Assembly (NCBI RefSeq): GCF_036321535.1
Contig: NC_087437.1
Span: 74,960,001 to 75,024,000 of the forward strand
Source of the DNA: Camelus dromedarius
Lineage: Eukaryota
Direction: 5' to 3'
DNA length: 64,000 nt
How positions within the stretch are numbered: the first letter of the stretch is position 1; each line of letters begins with the position of its first letter. Below the pieces are notes generated by a model. It made no database searches and was not told the DNA's origin. It was given only the letters and a program-made list of their open reading frames with translations. The translations under genes were made by a program, and so were the position numbers. Below, one piece after another: positions 26,136 through 39,399 of this stretch.

Positions 26136-28664
26136 TGTGTTTCTTTTTGTTACTGATGAGCAATACTGTTGTTCTTCTAAATAATGCTTTTCATATTTTA
26201 TGTTTCTTTTTAATTTTATTTATTTTGTTGCTTTTTATTAAAAAAATGTTCCCTGGCTATTGTTCAGGATGGCGAAAGTTGCAAAATTCTCAAGTTCTGA
26301 AAACTAAGAACTTTAAGATTGGTGACATTTGAACTGTCTGTGACTCTGTCCTCATTCTCCCAGCTGTTGAATTTGGTTCCCTCCTCCACCTTCAGGCCGT
26401 GGGAGATCTCACTTCTTGGGTTTGACTGAAGCCTCCACGGGAAGCATCTAGGAAGCTTCCTGGAGGAGGTGGTTGTTGCCTTAGTTATAGGCCATCAGCT
26501 TCTTCTTGGTTGAATTGAGGATGTTCAGAAACGGACTCTCCTCCAAGGTCTCGGAACAGAGCCTGGAATTCAAGGCAGGATCGGCCACGCGTTTAAAATC
26601 CCCTTGCTGTGACTGCCGCACATCTCCTGTCCTGATTCTCCACTGTTCAGTGCTTTGTGGAAGGCATTAGAAATACAGAAGTGAACAAAAGAGACTTTTA
26701 AACGTAGAATTTACCTTCCAGAGGGAAAGACAGATAACAGATACTTAAATAAACCATAAGGTAGTGTCACATAATGATACTAAATGCAGATTAAAAAACA
26801 CATAACGTAATTGTGCATAAAGTAATTGTGCAGGGCCAGGAGATAGACAGTGATTGTGTCTTGGGGCAGGGGGGGCCTCTTTCAGATACAGAGAGCAAGG
26901 ACTATCTGAGCCATGTTTTAACACAGATTGAGGCCAAGGGTGAGCCTTGCGTAGACCTGGGGCTGAATTTACTGAACAGAGAAAGCAGCAAGGGCAAAGG
27001 GCCTATGGAGGAATGAGCCTGGTGTTTACCTGGGAGAGTGAGGCCTAGAACTCAGGACAGAAGGCAAGACGAGGCAGAGCCAGGTCAGGAATTTCACAGT
27101 CTAATTCCTCATCCCTCACACAAACGCCCAGCCAGTTTAAGTCTCTAAAAAACCTAACATTTCTTTACATGACAATCTACAGATTTCACGATTAAATCAC
27201 ACCTTTAATAGGACACATGATGTGTGTTTGTGTGTGTGTGTGAATGCACACATATATGGCCAGTATTTGCCACTGTGGAGTAGGGGGTCTCTGTTCCCAA
27301 AGACTCCTCTCAGTTAATAGCACATGAAAAGTGTAAGTAGTTGGAGGTGAGTTACTGACGTCAATCCAAGTTAAGAATCTTAAGTCATGACTTTAATGCT
27401 CTTTAATTTAGTGGAGAATCTGCACCCTCCTTTCCACTCTGAAAATATCTGTGCCTTACTTGGGCACAACACATTTTCTTCTATAAGATGTAATATTTGC
27501 ATACTTGTATTGTCTCATTCTGTAGACTAGAAGACTTCTTGAGGACAGAGACTGAAACTTACACATTTTTGCATCACCTATAATAAAATTCAGTGCCTTG
27601 AATTTAGGAAGTGGTGTATGTCTATTAACAGAATTCAGTATATTTAAGGGGTTTTGTTTGTTTAAAGGATTTTATAGAAAAAGGAGAAATTTGTGAGGTC
27701 AACAAGCGCTTAAAGGATGTGATGTGGACAGTGCTGGGGAGGCCCAAACGTTTTAGTGACTGTAGTGGAGGAGGGGAGAGGGAAGGCAGACCCGGAAGAC
27801 AAACGAGGCTACCTTACAAGTTTCCTGGAAACCCACTGTATTAGATCACAGAACTCTCCTTATTGCAGAAATGTTCAGATGTTTACCAAAACAGGATTTG
27901 CCCTGTATCTCTTTTTTCAGAATACCCCCTGGCTTTCTCAAAATGTTGATACAAGCAATTAATGTCATTTTGAAATTGAAGCATTTGGCCTCCCCATGAC
28001 TTCTCTCTACTCCGTGAGTGCCTCAGGCACCACATGAGCTCTTGGAAAATAATCAAGGCTCTTGAATTAGCAAAGGTCATATGAGCTAGTATCTAAGTGT
28101 ACTCTTTACATCAGAATAAGGAACCCAAAGAGAGTGGCAGAATAGGAATTCCTCTTACTGGAGTTTCTGTGCTTTTCAGACGCTGCAGACTTGAGTTATA
28201 AATAACGTCATCTGCCAAGAAAGCCCCAAGTGGCTGGCTGTCCTGTCACTGCCCATGAATCCCTGGTGCTGTGGAGAGTGGTCACAGGCACCTGTCCCCT
28301 TTGTGCCTTGAATAACCTGGTAGCACTGGGGAGAACAAATCCAACCATTACCAGGTTTCTTCTTCATCTCAAAGCAAGGGTCTCCGAGCTGACCTTGGTG
28401 TGCCTCCTTACATCACAGTTACTGGACTGTATTGTACATCCTTCCCCTCTCTCTTCCTCTCCCATCAGATCGTTGGTTCTTTAAGGGATCAACATGTCTT
28501 AAATTCAGACCACCCGTAGTAAATTTAGACCACCCCTAGTACATACATATAGAGTTGACCTTTGGTACCTGTGTCCAGAACTGGGCTATGAAATGGCTTT
28601 ATGATATTAGTGGGGAAAGTAATATTTTTAAAATATACTAAAACTGCTTTAAAAACATTCCCAG

Positions 28665-28859
28665 ATCCAGAATGTTTACATGGTCCAATATGAAAAAAAT
28701 CTCAGGAGAAAAATGCAGTCCATTATCTTCGATGCAAACAGAAGAGGAGTGCTTAATGAGGTATCTCTGGGACAATGTGAAAAGAAAAGAAAAGCTGCTG
28801 AAGACAACCTGAATGATCTCCGTGCGAAACTGGCAGTGTTACTGCAGAAACTTCAGCTG
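28665..28859 (+). CDS. MORC1: MORC1 penultimate coding exon (195 bp), C-terminal coiled coil
   Basis: ttcccAG|...|GTaaga; IQNVYMVQYEKNLRRKMQSIIFDANRRGVLNEVSLGQCEKKRKAAEDNLNDLRAKLAVLLQKLQL, matching recalled human IQNTYMVQYEKK...LALLLQKLQL. Confidence 0.95.
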
Positions 28860-31538
28860 GTAAGAAAAGCTTTCATTTGAGTAGCAGGACTACAGTTGTG
28901 GGAAGAGCACTGGGCCTTTCCCACTCTTTCTCTTCTGACGTCGTCACCCACCTACTAACCTCGGGCGAGTCGCTTAAACTAGCCCTTACTCTCCCTAAAG
29001 GGATATTGGAATCACAAGTAAATGAACTTTGAAAGTATATACTAGAATATTTTTAAAAGGTCTAGTATTTTTTCTGTTTAAAAAGTCAGAATCCTTGCTT
29101 GTACTGTTGGTAGAGTTTGATCACACTGTCTCCTCAATAGCATATTTCCAGTAGGAAATTTTTTCTAATTTTTTCAGACAACAAAATATTTTAACTTGTA
29201 CCCTAATATATAAATAAAAAATAGACTTTTCTAATCTTAGAAGAGAGTTTGGAGAGACCGGGAAGTGTCACCTAAGTATAAATCAGTGTCCAGCTCGTTT
29301 GTCGGTGTGTCTGGGTGCACAAAGGCTCGGGCTTCCACGGTAGACTGAGCCAACGAGGAGAGGCCTATCTCCTGCGACAGCATGTAGGAGAGCTGAGTAA
29401 AACCTGTCGCAAACTAAAGCATCTGTAGCCAGTGTTGAAGAGTCAGTCGTTCTGTAGACGCTAGAAATAAAGTACGAAATCAACAGTGAACCCAGGAAGC
29501 AGGTGGCATTTTGTTGGGACACAGGCCCTGGGTCTGGGACAGGAGACAGGGCCTTCCTGGGCCATGCAGGGTGAGCGGGCAGGAGCTGTCTCCCACAGAG
29601 CAGCCTCCCTGGAGGCCTGGAGGCCGGGAGGCCCGCCTTGCCCATGAGGGGGGCGAGAAGAACAAGGAAGCCTGCTGTGTGTGGGTGTAGTCATTGTTGC
29701 ACGGACTTGGAAGCAGACCGCCTGGGTTTTAGTCAGTGTGAGTCCACTCTTTCAAAAACTATACGTCTTTTGGTTTCTCTGAAATTTCACTTATATTAAA
29801 TATAAAATAAAACACGGAGAGTATTTTTGATTAAATATATAGCCAAAAGAGAAGATACCCTCTCTTCTTGGGTGGTCCAGGCAACAGTCAAAATGTTTCA
29901 GTATTAAAATAAAAAAAGAGTGATTAAAGCTAATTGTTTTCACAAAATGGTAATTATATTTGTGCTTCTATCAACAGTCCTACCTAAGCCAGTTTGTAGG
30001 AGTGGACCTCTTTTGGGTTTTTATGGCTGCAAAAGGTGGCAAACGTTCTTACACGTGGAAGGTCTGGTACGGTACTTCACACGTGGTAGAGTTTCAGTGA
30101 TGTTGATGACTGTTGTTCACTAATAAGAAGAACTAGAGCGATCAAAGAAATTCTATATCATAGTGATCGAATACCTCTCTCTATCAGAAAGGTTCATAAA
30201 AATTATTGGTTCTCATAATAGCAAATCTGTTCAGGTAGGAAAAAAGCAGAAAGAATAATAGTTTACTCTTCCTTCTATGTCAAACCCCTGGGTTCCCTTG
30301 CAGTAACCAGAATAATTATACTAATTTAATTTGCTTTGTTCACAAAGTTTAGTAAAGAGGCCAAGGGCTTTAGCCCACAGAATATGAAATGCTTTATCTA
30401 GTATCACTGGAGAGGTCTTCAGAGGGCTCTTGCCTAAGTATGTTTACTCTCGTCCCCCACTTGAAATTTCCATTTTCACTGTCTCTGATTGCCAGAGCAA
30501 CTTTGGTGGAGTGGAGCAGAGATGTGAGATGAGGTGGACCTGGAGCAGATGGATGGGGCAGGCATATGAAGAATCTGGGGGAGAGAACCCACCTGGAGTC
30601 CTAGAAAAAAAGAAGTCTAGTCTGCCAGGCAGAGAGCAGAAGCCAAAGGATTAGACCAGACTGAACAGATTGAAAGCAGTCAGTGTCAGAATGGGTCACA
30701 CAGGGCATTCCTCAGAGTCAGTGAATATTTGGAAATCCTGGCGAATATCAATACCATGGAAGCCATCTGCAGAAACAGGGCCCTAGGCACAAAGCTAAGG
30801 CTCAGTACAATTCAGCCTTGTTAGAGAGCTGAGCAAATCTAGGGCAGACGGAGCAAAGCAGAAACACATTTAATGGAACCAGATAAGGGATGGAGAAACT
30901 GTGATCATGCCAGACACTTATTTGGAACAGTAATAAAATTGGGATTATTTCTGAAAGGTCCTTCCTAAAACTTCTCTTAGCCATCAGCTCAGTTGGAGAG
31001 TGAGTTGATGCCATGGTGGGCCTGAGATTTAGGTCAATAAAGAGGTTCTCCGGTGTTCATGGATCAAGAAGCCCAGGAAAGGAGAGCATGTGATCACCCA
31101 GATCAGGGCAGCGCACCCGAGTTGTAGGAAAGATGCTGTGGAATAAAGAGAAACAGAGAAGTCGGAATTTGCCTATTCATCTGCTTTGCCTCTAAGGCTA
31201 AAGATTCATGAATTTTTAAGCTGGAAGATGAGAGCCTACAACAGAGAAGGATGAGGGCTTTAGGAATATAACAAGTAATTAAATAGAAGGGGGTAAAAAA
31301 CAGTCGAACTAGCCTCCACTAAAGAAGAAAGAAAAAAAAATCCAGGTTTCTAGCCACTTGTGAGCATAAAACAAGATTAAATGCAAAAACATTTCAAAAG
31401 GTTAAAACTATTATTCAAATGCAAACTGGGTTTTTTTGCTGCATGAATCATAGGGAAGACTGGCCCAAGGCCACCCAGATTACAGGAATAAACCCTGTGG
31501 CTTCTTCGCCTGCTATGGTTGTTGCTTCTCTTTTCCAG

Positions 31539-31631
31539 GGTGGTCCAGCAGGAGACCTGGAGCAGATTGACAGTTATTTAGAAGCTTTGCTTAAAGAAGA
31601 TAATCTCCTTTTTCATAATGCTTTTAAATAA
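31539..31631 (+). CDS. MORC1: MORC1 terminal coding exon to stop codon
   Basis: ctcttttccAG|GGPAGDLEQIDSYLEALLKEDNLLFHNAFK*; recalled human GGPEGDLEQTDTYLEALLKEDNLLFQNN...; stop is earlier than in human (see findings). Confidence 0.93.
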   Translation, partial: GGPAGDLEQIDSYLEALLKEDNLLFHNAFK

Positions 31632-31826
31632 AGGGACTACAGATTCAGGACATAGTCTTCCTTCAGAAAAAAAGGAAAGTACTTCTTACACTTAAAAGTC
31701 AGAGAGGACATCTCATTTTTTTAAATGCTAATAAGAAAAAAAAAGGAAGATTCTTTAAAAAAAAACTTCTCTGTACTTGTTATTGTAAAGTTCATCTTGT
31801 TTAACACTAAGAAAGTTGTATTTAGA

Positions 31827-31832
31827 AATAAA
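31827..31832 (+). terminator. Candidate proximal MORC1 polyadenylation signal AATAAA
   Basis: AATAAA ~200 bp after the stop, followed by T/GT-rich sequence. Confidence 0.45.
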
Positions 31833-32274
31833 GACTGATTTGGTTTTTATATTTCCCAGTCTGTTCCCTGACTCTTCCTTTTCTTTGAGAAACCATTTCC
31901 AGAGTTCTCTAATTCCCACGTGAGCTACTAAGAAAGATGGAAATGTCGTTTAGGCCTAAATTTTGTTTTCATTAAAAGGATTGTATAAATCTGGAAAACA
32001 GTGATTTTTAAAAACTATATACAAACTATATACAAAGAATCACCTCCTCTTGGAACTTGAGTTGTAAAAGAAAGACATTATACTCTTTCTCTATTGCAGC
32101 CAATACTCAGTAAACCACATAATATAAATCCCCCCAAAACTTTCAAATATGGTTTATAATTTTATTATTGAGTTATAGTAAAAGAGTAAATCTTCTCAGC
32201 ATAATGTGAGAACTGTGTTTTTCATTTTCCTTGATAACTTTTATTTGGAAATGTCTGCAGCTTTGGACAAAAGC

Positions 32275-32280
32275 AATAAA
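32275..32280 (+). terminator. Candidate distal MORC1 polyadenylation signal AATAAA
   Basis: AATAAA ~650 bp after the stop, at the end of unique sequence just before an old L1M begins. Confidence 0.5.
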
Positions 32281-32299
32281 ACATTTAATTTTGTAGAAT

Positions 32300-34060
32300 T
32301 ATGTAATTTTAATTTTATGTACACGCACATAGTACAAAATTCAGAACATGTGAAATGGAATATGGTGCTAAGTCTTCACCCCATTCTTGGTTTTAGCTAC
32401 TTAATTACTCTTCTCAAGAGGCATACTTTGACCAGTTCCTGGTGAATTTATCCAAAATCAGTCAATGTATCTAAACTCATATAAATCATTACATGGATAT
32501 ACATATGGATATAAAAGTAGCCAAAAGATGCTGTTGTTTTTCCACTTAATATGCCTTCAAGATCATTTCACATCAGGATCAGTGCATATAGGGCTGCCCC
32601 GTTATCTTTAAACTGCTCTTTATTATTTCAGTCTATGGAGATACCAAAACGTATTTAACTGTTCTCTTGTGATGTACAGTCACATTTCTCTCATCGTTTT
32701 GGATCCACGTGTGCACAACAGTTAACATTCTTGTAAATATGTTCATTTCACAATGTGCAATTATCCTTGTTAAATAAATCTCAGAAGCTGAATGGCTGGG
32801 TCAAAGGGTATGTACATTTTATTATTCATAGATATTGCCTAATAGACTTCATAAAAATTGTATTAATATACACTTCCCCAGCAATGTGTAAATGCCTGTT
32901 TCTTTATGCCTTCTCCTACCCCATGAATTATCCAACTTTCTTATGTTGCTGATCAAATAGGTGGAAGGTGTTACATACGTGTAGCTTTAATGTACATTTC
33001 TTATGAGTAAGGCTGAGCATCTTTTCATGTTTAAAATTCATTTGAATTTAAAAATTTTTCAGTTTGGTGGTAATGTTCCTACTGACTTATAGGAACTATT
33101 TTCATATTATAGAAATTATCTTTTTTATATGATGTGTCTCACAAATATTTTCTCATAAATTTTCATTTTCTTTTGTTTTCATGGTGAGCCATATGAGATT
33201 TTTAAAAACTTTTGGTTTAATTTCCTTTTGTTTATGGTTTCTGGGTTCTTATGGTTTCTGGGTTCTTAGTCATAATTAAAGAGTACTTTTCAGTGCTAAA
33301 ATTATAAAGAAATTTTACTTTGTTTTCTTAGAATAATTTTAATAATTATGTTGTTAAATCTTTGACTCATCTAGAATTTAGTTTGATATAGGGAATAAGT
33401 TAGAAATCTAGTTGTGTGTGTGTTTCCAGATAACCCTAATATTGTCCCAGAATTATTAATAGAATAATCAGTCTTTTCCCCACTGATCTGCTGTGCCACC
33501 TTATTGCATGTTAAATTCTCATTTATATTTGGGCTGAGTTCTTAAAAAAAAAAACCTCTATTTTTTCCATTAATTGTTTCATCTTTTCTCATGTCAGACC
33601 CATGTTCTTCTGGTAGTGCTAGTTAATTTTATTTTTCAGCACTTTCCTCTGTATCCTTGCATGTGTAATTCTCACTCAAACTTAGAATTAGGTTTTAAGT
33701 TACCACCCACCCCTCAAATTGTATTTGTATTTTGTTGGGTTTCTGGTAATGTTATAGGTTAATATAGGGAAAAGTGCCTTTTTAAAAAATATATCTCAAA
33801 TCTTTCTATCCAAGACCAAAATATGCCTTTCTATATGTTCAGGTCTTTATTAGTGACCTATATTAGTATTCAAAATGTTTCTTCAAATACATCTAGCACA
33901 TTGTAGTTACATTTATTATAATTTTAGATTTATTTGTTGCCTTATTATAAGTGAGTCTTTTTTCCCATTATCTTATGACTGGCTAATGTTTTATTAGCAA
34001 GACTTGTGATTTTTGGATATAAATATTGTACCCAATGTAAGAATTCTCTTTTAGTTCAAG
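32300..34060 (-). mobile_element. Old L1M (L1ME-like) fragment between MORC1 and GUCA1C
   Basis: gctgggtcaaagggtatgtacatttt...cagcaatgtgtaaatgcctgtttc...ggctgagcatcttttcatgttt; degenerate antisense ORF2 end and 3' UTR. Confidence 0.75.
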
Positions 34061-35254
34061 TAATCATTGTGCAGATTTTTAGAGCATTATTTATACAACC
34101 AAACACAGTTTCTGGATCTCAGGTCCTTGCATTCTTGATCTATCCAAAATTTTCTCCCCACAAGGGATTTTTTTGACCCCTGAAAACTTTCATTACCTAA
34201 CTCTGCCTTCAGTATCCATCCTTCCTTTAATCTAAAACTTGGTGATTAGTCAATGGCGATAAGAAGTCAATGCCTCTGAGCATTTTTCTGGCAGACATTT
34301 AGGAAGAGTCCGAGGGGGGACTTCCCCAGAGAATGGCTTTTGAAGATTTTAACAGAATAGTCCTCATATTCCTAACTGAATAATCCCCAGGGCTGAGTCC
34401 TCATTATCTCATCTTCTTTCTTTCTACTCTGCATAAGAAATCTCATCCATCCTAATGTTTCAGGTAACACTTCCAAATGAGTAAGTTCCACATTTCTCTG
34501 ACCTTATTGAATACCTGTTATTTAACTCTAATTTTGAAATCGAAATTTTCTATTGAAAGTCTACATAGGTGTGTTTGAAAGAAAATTTTAACTATAACCT
34601 CCCCACTTCCTGTCAAGGCAGTTCATTTAGGCCCCAGTGGCTCCAGTTCTTGGGGGACCTGGGGTTTTAAACAAGTAATCAGGACTAAGGAATGGGGACC
34701 AAAGCAGTGACTAGACTATTGAACTGAGTCAACACAGGAACTGGGGGGGAAGAAAAGATGGAGTAAGGTTAGGAGAGCCATACTTTGGATGAGATGCTGC
34801 AGATGGAAATGATGTAATTCTCTTATACTTAAGTATGGTTGGTAGCAAAATGGCTTGGGAACCACATGGGGCAGTTCATTTCCATTATTGGGCATGGATA
34901 CAGTTCTTAGGCCCATTGGCTCAGCTCTCAAGTGCATTGGCAGTTGGGGCTTGGCTGGGACAAGATAAGCTCAGGAACTGGAGTGGGATAAAAGTGGCAG
35001 GCAGAGGGCATAGGGAGATGCAGACTTGAGAGACAAAAGACAACAGAAAAGGGAGGTGCAGTGACAAGCTCAATGCCGGAAGACACAGCCTGGTATGTCC
35101 CTTTATCTGCAGACCACACTCTACTGCCTACTACATCTAAAACTTCTTACTACTAACTACCTGGTACTCATTTCCCTCTTTTATACATAGACTTCCTTTT
35201 AATTTAACAGTACTCAGAATGTCTAATTTTTCCATGGCTTAAAAACATGCTCTT

Positions 35255-35430
35255 CATCTAAGTTTATCTTCACAATATTCAGGTATGAGAAGGCAAATTC
35301 TCTTGATACTATTTGACAGATGGGGAAACTGAGACATAAGAACTACCATATAGTTAATAAGCGGTGAGCAAAGCCTAGAACCCAGGCTTCCTGATTGCAA
35401 ATCCAAGTTCCTTCCATTAGACCCCACCGT
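35255..35430 (-). mobile_element. MIR SINE
   Basis: tttgacagatggggaaactgagacataag...ctagaacccaggcttcctga. Confidence 0.72.
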
Positions 35431-35692
35431 ACCACTCAATAATGTAGGCTTAATTGATGATTAACAATATGACAAGGATTACTCTCTCTAAAATATTCTC
35501 TGCCCTTCACAGAAAGCTATCTCTGAATGGCAGTAAGCACAATCTCATCAGTTGGTAAGTGACCTTGGTCTCAAAATTATACAGATGAGTCAGTCTCATT
35601 GGCTTTCTACACTCATTTAGCCTAGAGCTGTATGAAGTTTAGAGTAGCTTTCTAAGGGTATCTCTTGACTTCAAGTTTTAGAGAAGAGTGAG

Positions 35693-35700
35693 GGATTAAG
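35693..35700 (-). promoter_or_regulatory. Candidate CRX/OTX (K50 homeodomain) site upstream of the GUCA1C start codon
   Basis: GGATTAAG = CTTAATCC on the minus strand, ~60 bp before the ATG of a photoreceptor gene remnant. Confidence 0.45.
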
Positions 35701-35757
35701 TCCAGAGAGATCTAACGTGAAAACAGACTGAGAAAAAGCTGTAGACCATGAATCATG

Positions 35758-35960
35758 ATGGGGAATAGCGAATCTCTAGCAGTGGTCAGACAGCAATTCC
35801 TGCATAAGAGACCTATGTGTGGTATGGAGGATTTATGATGGAATAGCCACCTGGTCTGCAAACACTGCATGAATTTAAGACACTCTTGGGTCTGCAAGAT
35901 CTGAATCAAAAGGCCAGTCAGCAAGTTGATCAAGTCTATAATACCTTTGACAGAAACAAG
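35758..35960 (+). pseudogene. GUCA1C: GUCA1C pseudo-exon 1 (203 bp vs 204 expected)
   Basis: MGNSESLA/(-1 nt)/GQTAIPA*ETYVWYGGFMME*PPGLQTLHEFKTLLGLQDLNQKASQQVDQVYNTFDRNK|GTaag; TAA 35805-35807, TAG 35844-35846. Confidence 0.95.
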
Positions 35961-37247
35961 GTAAGAACTTTAACTTATCATTTGGCTATGGTTCTGCATT
36001 TCCCCCATTTTTCAATATAAAATAGCCTGAGGTAAAATGTGTGTGTTCCACTGAATGGGGAGGTGTTCAGAGAACCCACAGCTGGTAGGTAAGTGAGTCA
36101 TTAAACACATTTAGCACTGCTGGCATGAAAATAATTGGGAACTAGCCTCTCCGCCCTTGGAAATGTTCTGCATGTAGGGAGTTATTTTAAAACCAAATTA
36201 ACTCTCGGCATGGAATTCTAATGCTATCGTTTAAACAAATCTAATAAGTGCAGACTGATTTACAGAGACTGTTTTCAAAGTATTTAATGCATTGGTGACA
36301 TTTTATAGAAAAGCAAATTACAGGAATCTGCTTTTAAAAGTGTGATTGCATCTAGATTGGCAGATAAAATCAATACAAATTAGCCAACACATTGTTCGTA
36401 CTCAAATCAAAAGTTAGAATGCTTCATAATCTTTTTTTTTTTTTTCATATCTGACCAATTTAGTTTGTGGAAAAACAAAACAATTTAATTTTAAATTCAG
36501 ATAAATTTTCATTTCTGAGGCTTGTTACTCAACTGTTGTTTGAATTTACTCATTCCTGAGGCGTTGCAGCACATTTAATTTTGTCTTGAAAAATACAAAA
36601 ATGAGAAAAAATATGGAATAGAAAAACTAAGACCAAAAAGTAACAATCCAAAATACTGGACTCAGGTTCTCTCTGCCTGCTTTATTTGGGGATCCCAGTT
36701 GTTTTACCTGTAGATCTGTATATTGCACAATGTGCTGCTGCCATCCAGGACAAATGGGAAGGGGAATACTCCCCACGGAAGAGCAGATGACTTTAGAAGG
36801 CTGTGCGTGATAATACAAGAGAAAGAAGGGATCATTAATTCAATGCCCTTAAAACCACTGGCTGTCCATTAAGATGTATGGAATCTAACATAACCTTTTG
36901 AGCCCTTTTCTAAAGCCGAAACCAAAACCAAAACCAAAACAAATGACTTAAAAGAAGGTAACAGCCAGGAACTGGAGAGAATTAAACCTGTGCAAATTAA
37001 CAGCTATATTAATCCTTGTAGGAATGTCAGGGAAGGATTTCTTTTAGGACAATATTGTACTTTGTTCATTGTTATCAACATGAGTTAAACACTGCCTGCT
37101 TAGCGTGACAGTATGTTCCTCCTCATTCCTCCTCCCAGATTTTATTAAGTGTAGATGCAAGCAAACAGAGCTCTGCCCCCAAGGAGCTTACAAATCAGTG
37201 GGGAAATGAGGCGGATCCTGCTTTTGTTCTTAAGTATGTTCGCGATC

Positions 37248-37590
37248 TGCTGTGGACTGAATGTCCCCCTTCAAATTCGTATGTTGAAATCCAAACCCCA
37301 GTGTGACACATTTGGAGGTGGGGGTCTTTGGAAGGTGATTGGGTCATGACGGCAGAGCCTTCCTGAACGAGATCAGGGCCCTTATAAAGAGGCCCCAGAG
37401 ACCTCTCTTGCCCCTTGTGTGAGAACACAGAAGACCATCATCTGTGAACCAGGAAGTGGGCTCTCACCAGACACTGAATCTGCTTGTGCCTTGACCTTGG
37501 ACTTCCCAGCCTGAAGGACTGTGAGAAACACATTTCTGTTTAATCCTCCCAGTCTATGGTATTTGTGTTACAGCAGCCTGGGCTAAGGCA
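37248..37590 (+). mobile_element. MaLR solo LTR, MLT1A-like
   Basis: TG...CA ends; tgctgtggactgaatgt...aaattcgtatgttgaaat...ccaggaagtgggctctcaccagacac...ttggacttcccagcc...gctaaggca; flanks cgatc/ggatc (5-bp TSD, one mismatch). Confidence 0.9.
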
Positions 37591-39399
37591 GGATCCTGTG
37601 TGCACGCTGGCATGTTGTCTGTATCTGCCCCTATACGTATCTCTCAGCTCTCTTTCTCTCCGTGTGTCTTTCTCTGTGTTTCACTTGTGTGGCTGCTTCT
37701 GTCCCACTGTGCCTGCTGTGAGCAACCTGATTTCATAGTGGACGCCTGAGGCTCCAGACGGTGGCTTCTCAGGCTCTGACGGTACCCCTGAGGGTTGGAA
37801 AATCAGCTGTTGTCAAGCTCTTTATTCTCCAAAGGTGTTGATGTCACATCCTAGGCCCGCAGTTCTGTTGTTGACCAGGATTTGTGAGAGCACCGTGCAC
37901 GTCAGGGGCTCACATACAAGAGCAGGAACACAGGGAGGAGGGCCGGGTGGAAACAGGAAGTGCTGTGTAAGTGAAGCGGCTGTTGAGGAAGCAGGGCAGA
38001 AGGCGTCCAGACAGGCAGCCTAGGGTGTGTGCGCCACTGGAGAGAGAATCCCCTCGGTGACAGTCATGGGATGGCCGAGCCCCGCAGGAGCTTACTTTAA
38101 ATGACTTGGAAATTCTACTGCTATTCATGATTTATCAGAGAGATTTTATGTTTGCTTAGGAAGCAAGTGAACCCAGGCGGAGATGATGCCATGAAAGGTG
38201 TGGGGATCTCAACATAAAATCGGGTCATAAAATGAGAAGGGTAAGGGTTGCTCATTATCAAGTGACAGGAAGAAGTGCTACGCAATTATGCACAGGAAAA
38301 CAGAAAAGCCATATATTTAATTACATCAATAAAACTACCAGCTGTCCAGAATCCTGGAGGGTTCAGTCTTTCTGTGGAGCTCCTCTGCAGTTTATTCTGT
38401 GTGGTAATCTGTCTAAACCACATTTCTTACTTTCCTGCTTCCTCAGAGTGCTGGTGAGACATTTTCTTGCTCTCAGAGTCGTTATTGTGAACACTGGTTG
38501 TTACATTTCTGAAAACCCAAGAAGCGCCTATGTCGATTGAAGTTGCTGGGGCTATGTTTCCAAATGTTAAACATTCTGCAAATACGAGCTTTTGTTACAT
38601 TTTGGTTTTTGTTGTTTTTCTGTCTCTGTCCCTGCTGTCAAACACGCCTTTCCCAGCTTTCTGATTGTTACAACACTAATAAGTTTCCAATCTCTTTTAA
38701 CTCTGCCATTCTTAACTGGCTTTGGCTTGTACTCAAGTTAACCAAGCTTATTAGAATAGTGCTTAAAGTAAAAGCAAATAGATCCTGAAATTCAGAGCAT
38801 AAAATTTATAAGTTTCTTTGGCCAATCACACACCCTTGCAGGTTTCTCCTTGGCACTCAGTAATAATCCCTAATGCTTTCTGAGTGTTCCAGGCATAGCA
38901 CATAGACTGACCCAGTCAACATACAATGATAATAGCACCTGCTTGACAGTAGTGGCCATGATGTTGGCGCCTCAGGCTCTAGGGAAGGTCATTGACCAGG
39001 GCCCCAGGTGCATCGCTTTGAAAGCCATCACTGCACTTCAGCTGAGTCTGTGCCTACGTTTAGATTACAGCCGGTGATCGAGTGCAGCAGAAATAAGGTC
39101 AACCCTTATTGACACAGGGGACTCCTCTGTCAGCTGGCTTTGGCTCAAGGACTCCCTTCTCTCGCTCTGCTCACCTGGGTCAGCTTAGCATCTTGGTCTG
39201 GCAGCTCGTTCAACCTTCCCTGACTTGTTTTGTTTTACACAGCATTTTTCCAAATAAAATCCTAAATTGGGATTAATAGTTCTAATATCCTAAGAGTAAG
39301 AGTCATAGGAACAGAGCCCAGAGAAAATGTAAGATAACAAAACAAACCAGAAAAATTTCCCCAACCTATCAGACACACATTTCACAATAACAAGTATTT

